Below, piece by piece: positions 21,526 through 29,183 of a stretch of DNA of 64,000 bases. Location: the IMG/VR virus record IMGVR_UViG_3300034004_000005, one strand, 5' to 3'. The position numbers and the translations under genes were made by a program. Source of the DNA: a virus. A model generated the notes under the pieces. It did no database searches. It was not told the origin of the DNA and saw only the letters and a list, made by a program, of their open reading frames with translations. How positions within the stretch are numbered: the first letter of the stretch is position 1; each line of letters starts with the position of its first letter.

Positions 21526-22724
21526 TGCAGAAGTTCACAGGACGCGAATATCTGAAGATCGACGTCGCCAATAACTATGGCCTCGACAAGCTCACCTGGT
21601 TCGAGCGTATCCGCTGGTTCGACAGCAATGAGCACCAAATGGATGATCTCGTCCAATCAGCAAAAGAGCCCGCTCTCTTCTACGCTGGTATCAAAGCCTA
21701 CCGCGAGGTCCTCGCCGGACAGCCAATCAGTTATATGATCAGCCTGGATGCTACGAGCTCAGGGCTTCAGCTGCTCGCTGCTCTCACCGGAGATAGCTTC
21801 GCAGCCATGCTCTGCAACGTCCTTGCCACTGGTGGCCGGGAAGACGCCTATCAGGGCATCTATCGGTACATGCTCAACCAGATAGGGGACACGTCCAAGA
21901 TCGCCCCTGAGGACGTCAAACAAGCCGTCATGACGGCATTCTACAGCAGCAAGGCCGTGCCGAAACAAGTCTTCGGCGAAGGCAGTCTGCTCGACCTGTT
22001 TTACCAAACGCTGGAGAACCTCGCTCCAGGGGCCTGGGCCCTCAACGAAGCCATGCTGAGCTTGTGGGATAGCGATACGGATTGTCACAGCTGGGTGCTT
22101 CCGGACAACTTTCATGTTCACATCCCTGTGATGAGCCGGGTTCGGGAGACGGTCCACTTCCTCAACCAACCGTTCGACATCTTCTACAACGTCAATGCTC
22201 CAATCGAGCAAGGACGGTCGCTCGGTGCCAACACCATCCACAGCATCGACGGTATGATCGTACGCGAGCTCACTCGTCGTTGCGACTATAATCCCAAGAC
22301 CGTCGAGCGGCTCACCAACTTGCTTCACATCTCGAACCTGGGCGTATCTACGATCAGGAAGAAAGACCAGATGGTCCGAACTCTGTGGGACCATTACCTA
22401 AATTCAGGTTACCTTTCGGCTAGGATCCTCGATTATTTGGATCATGCCAATATGGGACTGGTCGACCGTCAGGACATCAAGAACCTGCTCGAATCGTTAC
22501 CCCCGAAACCTTTCAAGGTCGTGTCTATCCACGACTGTTTCAGGGTCTTACCACATTACGGTAACGATTTGAGACATCAGTACAATCTCCAACTGCAACT
22601 CATCGCCAAGTCGAACCTTCTAAGTCATCTGGTCAGCCAACTTGTTGGCCGAACAGTGCCTGTTATGAAGCAAGATCCAACGATGTGGGTCAAAGTCATC
22701 AACGCTGATTACGCCCTTTCTTAG
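21525..22724 (+). CDS. T7-like RNA polymerase II, large (catalytic) subunit (N4 gp16 analogue)
   Basis: 400 aa from ATG 21525 (TAATG junction). Motif A is ISLDATSSGLQLLAAL (T7 LAFDGSCSGIQHFSAM). Motif B is VKQAVMTAFYSS (T7 TKRSVMTLAYGS). Motif C is VSIHDCFRV (T7 IHDSFG). Confidence 0.9.
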   Translation: MQKFTGREYLKIDVANNYGLDKLTWFERIRWFDSNEHQMDDLVQSAKEPALFYAGIKAYREVLAGQPISYMISLDATSSGLQLLAALTGDSFAAMLCNVLATGGREDAYQGIYRYMLNQIGDTSKIAPEDVKQAVMTAFYSSKAVPKQVFGEGSLLDLFYQTLENLAPGAWALNEAMLSLWDSDTDCHSWVLPDNFHVHIPVMSRVRETVHFLNQPFDIFYNVNAPIEQGRSLGANTIHSIDGMIVRELTRRCDYNPKTVERLTNLLHISNLGVSTIRKKDQMVRTLWDHYLNSGYLSARILDYLDHANMGLVDRQDIKNLLESLPPKPFKVVSIHDCFRVLPHYGNDLRHQYNLQLQLIAKSNLLSHLVSQLVGRTVPVMKQDPTMWVKVINADYALS

Positions 22725-22761
22725 GGCTTGATCTACGTTATACTAAAGACGTATGGAACCA

Positions 22762-22779
22762 AACCGTCGTAAGACGGTT
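22762..22779 (+). promoter_or_regulatory. 7-bp hairpin with GNRA loop
   Basis: AACCGTC-GTAA-GACGGTT, 38 nt after the RNAP II large-subunit stop. Confidence 0.4.
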
Positions 22780-22812
22780 CGGGGCAGCGTGGAGCGACCA
22801 ACCACCCACGGA

Positions 22813-22876
22813 AGAGAGACTCGACGACTACCCCCTCCTTAAGCCCCCCCAAGGACCCCTGTCGTCGGGTCTCTCT
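22813..22876 (+). promoter_or_regulatory. 16-bp leader stem with 32-nt C-rich loop upstream of the decoration-protein gene
   Basis: AGAGAGACTCGACGAC (22813-22828) pairs with GTCGTCGGGTCTCTCT (22861-22876), with one G-T pair. The loop is TACCCCCTCCTTAAGCCCCCCCAAGGACCCCT. The 3' arm ends 18 nt before ATG 22895. Confidence 0.55.
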
Positions 22877-22894
22877 GATCGAAAGGTGAGAAGC

Positions 22895-23467
22895 ATGAGC
22901 GTTTATAAGGTCGCTTTCAACGAAGAGACGAAGGTCGCAACGATTTTCGGTGTCGACGGCAAACTGCCGGAAGGCTCCAAGGAAATCGGTGAGTTCAACT
23001 CAACGGCAACCATGCCGAACCCGACCGACGCCTCGATCCAGCACATCCACGCGATGCTCTATCGTGCAGGTGTGACCAATCCGCAGGAAGTCACTGTCGA
23101 GCGTGAACCGGTTACGGAAGTCATCGAACGGCAGGGCCTGGTACCGGCTACGGAAACAGGCGAGACTATGGCGGCATCGATCACACCCACCGAGCATGAG
23201 CTCGCTGTGGGTGAGACCATCGATATCGTCGATGGCAGCACCAAGGGCTACACCTTCGATATCGTCGAAGGTGCCGACCTGGTGAAGCTGGACAAGCGTA
23301 ATGCCGAGGTCACCGCTCAGGGCCCAGGCACCGCCCGGATCAAGGTCGCCAACGAGAAGGAAGGGATTGCCAACGAAGTCGTCATTACGGTTCGTGAAGC
23401 TGACGCTCCCGAGGGAGGTCCAGACAGCCAGAACGGATCGGACGCCGGAGAAGCCAATTCGTCCTGA
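22895..23467 (+). CDS. Ig-like (Big_2-type) domain protein; probable capsid decoration protein (N4 gp17 position)
   Basis: ATG 22895 with an AAGGTGAG SD. The segment ITPTEHELAVGETIDIV...GYTFDIVEGADLVKLDKRNAEVTAQGPGTARIKVANEKEGIANEVVITVRE is a typical bacterial Ig-like group 2 pattern. The gene directly follows the RNAP II large subunit, as N4 gp17 does. Confidence 0.6.
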   Translation: MSVYKVAFNEETKVATIFGVDGKLPEGSKEIGEFNSTATMPNPTDASIQHIHAMLYRAGVTNPQEVTVEREPVTEVIERQGLVPATETGETMAASITPTEHELAVGETIDIVDGSTKGYTFDIVEGADLVKLDKRNAEVTAQGPGTARIKVANEKEGIANEVVITVREADAPEGGPDSQNGSDAGEANSS

Positions 23468-23497
23468 TCAGGTTCCTGATCGAAGGTAACCGCGATT

Positions 23498-23537
23498 AAA
23501 TTCGGCCTATCCCTCAGGGGGTAGGCCGAATTTTTTT
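23498..23537 (+). terminator. Rho-independent terminator T1
   Basis: 16-bp stem AAATTCGGCCTATCCC-TCAG-GGGGTAGGCCGAATTT running into TTTTTTT. Confidence 0.85.
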
Positions 23538-23551
23538 GCTCATTTAAGATG

Positions 23552-23589
23552 GACCCGCCCCCTCATTCGAGGGTGGCGGGTCTTTTTTT
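23552..23589 (+). terminator. Rho-independent terminator T2 (tandem with T1)
   Basis: GACCCGCCCCCTC-ATTC-GAGGG(T)GGCGGGTC (13 bp with one bulge) followed by TTTTTTT. Confidence 0.85.
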
Positions 23590-23611
23590 GGTTTGAACCA
23601 AGGAGAAGAAC

Positions 23612-23983
23612 ATGGCCAAGACCTATTCGGAAATTACCGAGGAATTGATCAGCCTGGTAACGGACGGCTACAACAAAGAGACGATCACCCAAATCCTATA
23701 TGAACATCTTGTTCTTCGATCAGAGCATGGTATTCGGGTCACCGAGCTGCTTCGCTACAATAGCGAACAAGTAATTCAGCGTCGTGTCGCCAATGCGAAG
23801 CTCAGAATCGCTCTAAAAGCACTCCAGATCTGTCGTGACACGCTCCGGGACTATGCTCGTCAGCATCGGGCCAAGGATACGGTCGACGGATCCGTGAAAG
23901 CCCTCAAGAACGACACCATCGCCGATATGTGCGACGAGGCCATGAACCCCGACATCAATCCTCAGGATTACGGAAGGCCGTGA
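23612..23983 (+). CDS. Hypothetical protein (123 aa)
   Basis: GAACCAAGGAGA leader 5 nt after the T2 U-tract. Confidence 0.65.
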   Translation: MAKTYSEITEELISLVTDGYNKETITQILYEHLVLRSEHGIRVTELLRYNSEQVIQRRVANAKLRIALKALQICRDTLRDYARQHRAKDTVDGSVKALKNDTIADMCDEAMNPDINPQDYGRP

Positions 23984-24021
23984 GCTCATCTTCCTTGGTT
24001 CCTCCACAAGGAGACATTCTT

Positions 24022-24246
24022 ATGTCCGATATCAAACCTCGTGAACGTCCCGTCTGCGAAAGCTGCGGGACGACACTTCCTCATCCCAAGGATCCTCCGC
24101 TCCAAATGCCCGAGGGCTACTCCATGATGGAGATGCTCGAACGGGAAAGGGATGAGCTCAATACTCGAACCTGGAGAAAGCCTGTAACGCAGGTGATCAC
24201 TCCTCCACCTCCTCCGAAGAAGAAAGGCCGCCGTCGTGGCAAGTAG
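24022..24246 (+). CDS. Hypothetical protein with basic Pro/Lys/Arg tail (74 aa)
   Basis: ATG 24022 with an AAGGAGA SD. One CxxC motif. Ends PPPPPKKKGRRRGK. Confidence 0.55.
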   Translation: MSDIKPRERPVCESCGTTLPHPKDPPLQMPEGYSMMEMLERERDELNTRTWRKPVTQVITPPPPPKKKGRRRGK

Positions 24247-25300
24247 TGCTCCCAATATCTATCGCTGCACGCCCCGTCAGGCTCGCAAGTTCCTCCTCGA
24301 AACCATGATGGGGGGAATGGTCCCCTTTCTCCAGAGCTCACCCGGTATGGGTAAGAGCTCTATCATCAGAAGCATCGCCGAAGAACTTCAGGCGAAGATG
24401 ATCGATCATCGTGTTTCGACTTCAGCTCCTGAAGACTTCACTGGTCTACCTGAGTTCTATACGGACGCTCAAGGCACTCGTCGTGCAAGGTTCGTGCCGT
24501 TTGGTGACTTGTTTCCGCTCGAAGGGGATCCAGTCCCCGAACGCTACAATGGCTGGATGCTGTTCCTCGACGAGTTCAACCACGGCATCAAGACTGTCCA
24601 GTCGGCTGCCTACAAACTCGTCCTGGATCGCATGGTCGGACAGCATAAACTGCATCCTCAGCTGGCGATGGTCATGGCAGGCAACCTGTCGACCGACCGG
24701 GCGATGACCAATGACCTGTCGACGGCCATGCAAAGCCGGGTCATCCACTATGAAATGCAGATCAGCCACACCGAATGGCTGGAAGACGTCGCCTTCAAGG
24801 AAAACTATGATGAGCGAATCGTCGCCTTCCTCAACTGGAAGTCCGACTATCTCATGGATTTCCGTCCTGAGCACATGGAGAAGACATTCTGCTGCCCCCG
24901 TACCTGGGAGTTCATGAACAACCACCTTCGCGTGAATGGGACAGTCACCGACGAGTCGGCTTCCAAGTTCGCTGGCACGATCACCTCTGGTGTCGCAGTC
25001 GAGTTTACTCAATTCTGCCAGGTTTATAAGAACCTGGTCACGCTGCGTGAGGTGCTCAACTCACCCACTTCGGCGAATGTGCCTCGTGATGCTGAAAGCC
25101 GTTGGGCTATTACTTCTCACCTCATGGAGAAGACTGATGCGTCCAACTTCAGCGACATTTGCATATACATCAACCGGTTTGATCTGAGCTTCCGGGTCCT
25201 GTTCTTCCGAGGTCTCCTCGTGAAGCAACCCCAGCTTCGTTCACACCCTGGCTTTGCCGGAGCTATGGCTGCTGTCAGCCAATACCTCCACGGGAACTGA
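24236..25300 (+). CDS. AAA+ ATPase, MoxR-like
   Basis: Walker A LQSSPGMGKSSI and Walker B WMLFLDEFNH. Paired with a downstream vWFA protein, a conserved pair in N4-like phages. Confidence 0.8.
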   Translation: MASSAPNIYRCTPRQARKFLLETMMGGMVPFLQSSPGMGKSSIIRSIAEELQAKMIDHRVSTSAPEDFTGLPEFYTDAQGTRRARFVPFGDLFPLEGDPVPERYNGWMLFLDEFNHGIKTVQSAAYKLVLDRMVGQHKLHPQLAMVMAGNLSTDRAMTNDLSTAMQSRVIHYEMQISHTEWLEDVAFKENYDERIVAFLNWKSDYLMDFRPEHMEKTFCCPRTWEFMNNHLRVNGTVTDESASKFAGTITSGVAVEFTQFCQVYKNLVTLREVLNSPTSANVPRDAESRWAITSHLMEKTDASNFSDICIYINRFDLSFRVLFFRGLLVKQPQLRSHPGFAGAMAAVSQYLHGN

Positions 25301-25302
25301 TC

Positions 25303-26454
25303 ATGCTCAACCCAGTCGTAATCCAGCCTGAGGAGCACCCTGAATACAATTTCGCAGAGCTCAATCGAGAGCTCGACCGTGCGAAGTCAAAGGTGTTCCT
25401 CGGCTCCAGTGCTGCCTTCTTTGGCCCGCTCATGTGTGCCCTGGATTTCGTCTGGGCTACTGGCCTCAATACTGCCGCTAATGACGGCAAGACCTTCTGG
25501 TGGGATCCGAAAGACTTTCTTCGTTGTGATACCGACGAACGGGTCAGCACCATCATGCACGAGCTCTGGCATGTTGCCCGTCTCCACGGTCTTCGTGGTG
25601 AGGGTAAATGCCCGGACAAGTGGAACATCGCCTGTGACGTGTTGATCAACCGTGAGATGATCAAATCCGGCTACCAACACATCAAGGGACCTTGGTGGGT
25701 AGTTCGCCCTGAGTTCGATCATCTCGAAACCGAGGAGGACATCTACAATGCTCTCCCCAAGAATGGGGGAGGAGGTCACTCCGGCAACTGCCAGCATGGC
25801 CAGATCGCTGTGACCCCTCAAGTCGCTCAGCAGATGGTCAATGCGACCGTCAAGGCCATGCAGTCGGCCAAGATGGGCGGCCAACCAGGATCCATCCCTG
25901 GCAACCTCGAACAGGTCATTGAAGCCTACCTGGCTCCAAAGATCCCCTGGGAGACTCATCTACAACGCTGGATGACGGATCTCCTCGAAGACAACTATAC
26001 ATGGCGTCGCCCGAACCGTCGTTTTCAGCATGTCTACTTGCCGTCCCGGTTCACCGATGACGGTCGCCTGGAGCACCTCATCTACTATCTCGACGTCTCC
26101 GGATCAGTCGATGATGACCAGGTGCTTCGCTTCAACTCCGAGGTCGCTTTCATCAAGCGGGTCTACAATCCGAAGAAGCTGACCCTCGTGCTTTTCGATA
26201 CCAAGATCACCGCCGAATACGTGTTCGAAGAGAACGATCGGTTCGAAAAGATCGTCGTCATTGGCCGAGGTGGGACCAGCCTCGGGCCGGTTCGTCAACA
26301 TATTCTGGACAACCAGCCCACAGCTGCTATCATCTTCTCCGACCTGTATTGTACTCCTATGGCTCCAGGACCCCTTTGTCCGATCATTTGGGTAGCCATT
26401 GGGAACACATCGGCCAAGGTTAATATGGGTAAACTTATCCATATTAGCTCCTAG
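25303..26454 (+). CDS. vWFA-domain protein with N-terminal HExxH metallopeptidase-like domain
   Basis: HELWH motif (IMHELWHVARLH). MIDAS-type DxSxS (YYLDVSGSVDD) in the C-terminal half. Confidence 0.75.
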   Translation: MLNPVVIQPEEHPEYNFAELNRELDRAKSKVFLGSSAAFFGPLMCALDFVWATGLNTAANDGKTFWWDPKDFLRCDTDERVSTIMHELWHVARLHGLRGEGKCPDKWNIACDVLINREMIKSGYQHIKGPWWVVRPEFDHLETEEDIYNALPKNGGGGHSGNCQHGQIAVTPQVAQQMVNATVKAMQSAKMGGQPGSIPGNLEQVIEAYLAPKIPWETHLQRWMTDLLEDNYTWRRPNRRFQHVYLPSRFTDDGRLEHLIYYLDVSGSVDDDQVLRFNSEVAFIKRVYNPKKLTLVLFDTKITAEYVFEENDRFEKIVVIGRGGTSLGPVRQHILDNQPTAAIIFSDLYCTPMAPGPLCPIIWVAIGNTSAKVNMGKLIHISS

Positions 26455-26492
26455 TTTGCGTTCCATCGTTAACACTCTCAGGGGAGGGGAAC

Positions 26493-26999
26493 ATGACCGT
26501 TATCAACGGTTGTGCGCTCATCGAAGCCACACCAATCCGCGACATGATCAACGTCAAAGTCAAAGAGAACGGGGTTAGCCACGGGCTCTCCGAAGTCGGT
26601 TACGACATCCGGATCAAGCAAGACATTTCCTTCTATCCCAGTCGGGGTGGTGGTCGGATTGCCCGCATCGAGCCGAACGAAGAAACCTTCTACGTTGACG
26701 GAAACTTCATTCTGGCATCAGCCATCGAAGAGTTCCAGATGCCCGACCATCTCGTCGGCATCGTCCACGACAAAAGCACCTGGGCCCGCAAAGGACTCAG
26801 TGTGTTCAACACCGTAATCGAGCCAGGATGGAGGGGTTTTCTTACCCTGGAGCTCGTTTATCACGGTTTTGACCCTTTACACATCGAGGCAGGCTCTGGC
26901 ATTGCCCAAGTGATTTTCCATCAGATCAGTCAACCGGCTGCCTATGACGGGAAGTATCAGGATCAAGCGAACCGGCCTGTAGACGCCACATTTGCTTAA
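26493..26999 (+). CDS. dcd: dCTP deaminase (dUTPase-superfamily trimer fold)
   Basis: GYDIRI...HDKSTWARKGLSVFNTVIEPGWRGFLTLELV matches the Dcd signature, including the catalytic TLE glutamate. Confidence 0.8.
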   Translation: MTVINGCALIEATPIRDMINVKVKENGVSHGLSEVGYDIRIKQDISFYPSRGGGRIARIEPNEETFYVDGNFILASAIEEFQMPDHLVGIVHDKSTWARKGLSVFNTVIEPGWRGFLTLELVYHGFDPLHIEAGSGIAQVIFHQISQPAAYDGKYQDQANRPVDATFA

Positions 27000-27067
27000 C
27001 GTCGTTTGGTCGATGACCAGACCGAGTAGAGCACCCAGCTCTTCTCGATTAGTGCAGAAGGACCTGT

Positions 27068-27286
27068 ATGTTCATTCGCGGAAAGAACCCCTCGTACGAC
27101 AAGGAGGAAAACCTTCTTGTCAGTGCCATCGTCCGTTTCATACCGGCTGGTGATGGAAGTCAGAGCACCATTTTTCTCACGAACGGTGACTCAGTGGTCC
27201 TCAATATGTCGAACCGTGCTGTACGGTTCGCCATCAAGAAGGCCTTCAAGGAAGCCAGCGAGGAAACTGGCGAAGACCAGGGCTAA
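27068..27286 (+). CDS. Hypothetical protein (72 aa)
   Basis: GAAGGA SD; acidic C-terminus. Confidence 0.55.
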   Translation: MFIRGKNPSYDKEENLLVSAIVRFIPAGDGSQSTIFLTNGDSVVLNMSNRAVRFAIKKAFKEASEETGEDQG

Positions 27287-27297
27287 GGCCCACCGAA

Positions 27298-27368
27298 CTT
27301 CACGGCGAGTGGTGACCCATCAGGACATGCCCCCGTTCTGAGAAGACCCCCCACCACTCGTCGTGGAG
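27298..27368 (+). promoter_or_regulatory. 17-bp leader stem with 37-nt C-rich loop upstream of the mucR-like gene
   Basis: CTTCACGGCGAGTGGTG (27298-27314) pairs with CACCACTCGTCGTGGAG (27352-27368), with two G-T pairs. The 3' arm ends 26 nt before ATG 27395. Confidence 0.55.
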
Positions 27369-27394
27369 ACAATCAAACGAAGGAAAGAGAAGAA

Positions 27395-28075
27395 ATGAAT
27401 CAGCAAGAACATCTGATCGAGCTCACGGCAGGCGTCGTTTCAGCTCACGTCAGCAACAATAGCGTGGCTGTGAGCGATCTCCCGACGCTCATCAACAACG
27501 TGTTCACCAGTCTCGCTGGACTGGGTGCCACTCCGGAACCGGAAGTCGTGGCTCCCGAACCGGCTGTTTCGATCCGTCAGTCGGTCAAGCCAGACTTCAT
27601 CGTCTGCCTCGAAGACGGTAAGAAGCTCAAGATGCTCAAGCGGCATCTGATGACCCACTACCAGATGACCCCGGATGATTACCGGGCCAAGTGGGGTCTT
27701 CCTGCCGACTATCCGATGGTCGCTCCGAACTACGCGGAGCAGCGTCGGGCCCTGGCCAAGAGCATCGGTCTCGGTAACAAGCGTGCAGACGCTGTTGAGA
27801 CGGCTCCTGCTGCCCAGGAAGAGGCATCGAAGCCTGCCAAGGTCACTCGGGCCCGGAAGACCACGACGGCCCCCGCAACGGCCTCTGAGGCAGCTCCTGC
27901 GGCTGCACCGGAAGCTTCTGTGGCATCCGAGGCCCAGGCCGAAGATCCGGGAGCTGCCCGGGTCGCTGCTGTCGAGGCAAGCGTGAACCCGGAGCCGACG
28001 CCTGAACCGTCGCCAGTGATCGTCCCGGAACCTGCTCCTGAGCAGGTGGGCGAGCTCGTCGAGACCGAAGCCTAA
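27395..28075 (+). CDS. mucR: Ros/MucR-family zinc-finger transcriptional regulator with long acidic Ala/Pro/Glu tail
   Basis: VKPDFIVCLEDGKKLKMLKRHLMTHYQMTPDDYRAKWGLPADYPMVAPNYAEQRRALAKSIGLG is the Ros/MucR signature. It is followed by ~90 aa of A/P/E-rich low-complexity sequence. Confidence 0.85.
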   Translation: MNQQEHLIELTAGVVSAHVSNNSVAVSDLPTLINNVFTSLAGLGATPEPEVVAPEPAVSIRQSVKPDFIVCLEDGKKLKMLKRHLMTHYQMTPDDYRAKWGLPADYPMVAPNYAEQRRALAKSIGLGNKRADAVETAPAAQEEASKPAKVTRARKTTTAPATASEAAPAAAPEASVASEAQAEDPGAARVAAVEASVNPEPTPEPSPVIVPEPAPEQVGELVETEA

Positions 28076-28100
28076 GATCTTCGATCCCAGGCTAAAACGA

Positions 28101-28133
28101 GGGAGGGTGCGAAAGCATCCTCCCTATTTTTTT
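28101..28133 (+). terminator. Rho-independent terminator
   Basis: GGGAGGGTGC-GAAA-GCATCCTCCC (10 bp, one G-T pair) followed by TATTTTTTT. Confidence 0.85.
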
Positions 28134-28143
28134 GGAGTCATCT

Positions 28144-28572
28144 ATGCCGATGTATTATCGAGCTGTTGATCCCGAGACGAAACGTCTCCGTCTTTTCACC
28201 AGGAAAGATTTCGCAGCTAAGCTCGACAAGGACTACACTTCAATCGAGGTCCCAACCGACAAGGAAGGTCTCATGGAAGTCCTTCAGGATCTCATCGACC
28301 GGGGACCACCTGTTGGTGAACCAATGGAAGAAGCTGTCACCGTCAAAACTCTCAAGATCGAGGCGAAGCCTCCAGAGCCTGCTCTTCCAACCACCAGCAA
28401 TATCGAGGAATTTCTCCTCGACCACGCATCGGTTCGAGATGTCGAGCGTATCTTCGCTTGCCTCGGCACCCGCTTTGGCGAGATGACTAATGAGAAACGA
28501 AATGGAAGCAGGCCCCCAATCCCTACTGCAAAAGCTGATGCCGAACGAGAAGCTAGTCCTGAGGCACAGTAG
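28144..28572 (+). CDS. Hypothetical protein (142 aa)
   Basis: ATG 28144 lies 7 nt after GGAG. The track start TTG 28132 lies inside the terminator U-tract. Confidence 0.6.
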   Translation: MPMYYRAVDPETKRLRLFTRKDFAAKLDKDYTSIEVPTDKEGLMEVLQDLIDRGPPVGEPMEEAVTVKTLKIEAKPPEPALPTTSNIEEFLLDHASVRDVERIFACLGTRFGEMTNEKRNGSRPPIPTAKADAEREASPEAQ

Positions 28573-28777
28573 TGATGGTCAATGGGTCTCTCCAGCAAGA
28601 ACACTTGCTGCGAAAACCAGACTGCCCGTCACTCATGTTCGCCGAATCCAGCGTTATTTGAAATCTATAGGCCTTCTGGAATATGGATTTCTTATAAACG
28701 AGGATGATGGTCTACTCTGTGGACGTGGGTATCACCGCAGTTCTCTTGGTGATAAGGTACGCAAACTCTTAGACTAG
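28538..28777 (+). CDS. Possible winged-helix DNA-binding protein (79 aa)
   Basis: TRLPVTHVRRIQRYLKSIGLLEY looks like an HTH recognition helix plus wing. The start is uncertain (28490 or 28538) and the ORF overlaps the upstream gene. Confidence 0.4.
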   Translation: MPNEKLVLRHSSDGQWVSPARTLAAKTRLPVTHVRRIQRYLKSIGLLEYGFLINEDDGLLCGRGYHRSSLGDKVRKLLD

Positions 28778-28799
28778 CTTTATGCTGACTTTTCTGTAA

Positions 28800-28828
28800 C
28801 CTACCCGCGTCCGTTAGGACGGGGTAGG
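28800..28828 (+). promoter_or_regulatory. 12-bp hairpin overlapping the SD of the NrdR-like gene
   Basis: CCTACCC(G)CGTCC-GTTA-GGACGGGGTAGG. The 3' arm runs into AGGGGG (28826-28831), which lies 9 nt before ATG 28841. Confidence 0.5.
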
Positions 28829-28840
28829 GGGCTTTAGCTT

Positions 28841-29104
28841 ATGAGTCAGTACCAATGTGCCCAGTGCGGCAGTACGACCAACGTCATCGACACAAGGCCG
28901 ACACACCGTCGGCTTCGTCGACGCCGTAAATGTCCTCATGGACACCGTTTCAGCACTATCGAAGTGCCCATTGAGGTCGCCGGAGATCTCCGGGGCCTCA
29001 TTGCTTTTTGGGCCAAAGAGACCGAACAGGATGCAGATTTCATCTTGCTTCTGAATGGCCGAATAGACGAGATCGTCCTCGGCAAACCACCTCCGGATGG
29101 GTAA
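28841..29104 (+). CDS. NrdR-like zinc-ribbon protein lacking the ATP-cone (87 aa)
   Basis: MSQYQCAQCGSTTNVIDTRPTHRRLRRRRKCPHGHRFSTIE parallels the NrdR N-terminus (C-x2-C-G...VIDSR...RRRR.C..C..RFTT.E). No ATP-cone follows. Confidence 0.65.
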   Translation: MSQYQCAQCGSTTNVIDTRPTHRRLRRRRKCPHGHRFSTIEVPIEVAGDLRGLIAFWAKETEQDADFILLLNGRIDEIVLGKPPPDG

Positions 29105-29137
29105 CGACCCCACTCCAGGCGACCAGCTAAAACAGAG

Positions 29138-29162
29138 GGGGGTGGCAGTAATTGTCACCCCC
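29138..29162 (+). promoter_or_regulatory. 9-bp hairpin between the NrdR-like gene and thyX
   Basis: GGGGGTGGC-AGTAATT-GTCACCCCC (one G-T pair). Confidence 0.4.
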
Positions 29163-29183
29163 TTCGCACATCAGGAGAACCCA

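Noticed and set aside
22727-22746. Sigma70-like promoter TTGATC ... TATACT after the RNAP II large-subunit gene
   Set aside because: The two hexamers are only 5 nt apart, whereas about 17 nt is required. No properly spaced -35/-10 pair could be assembled here.
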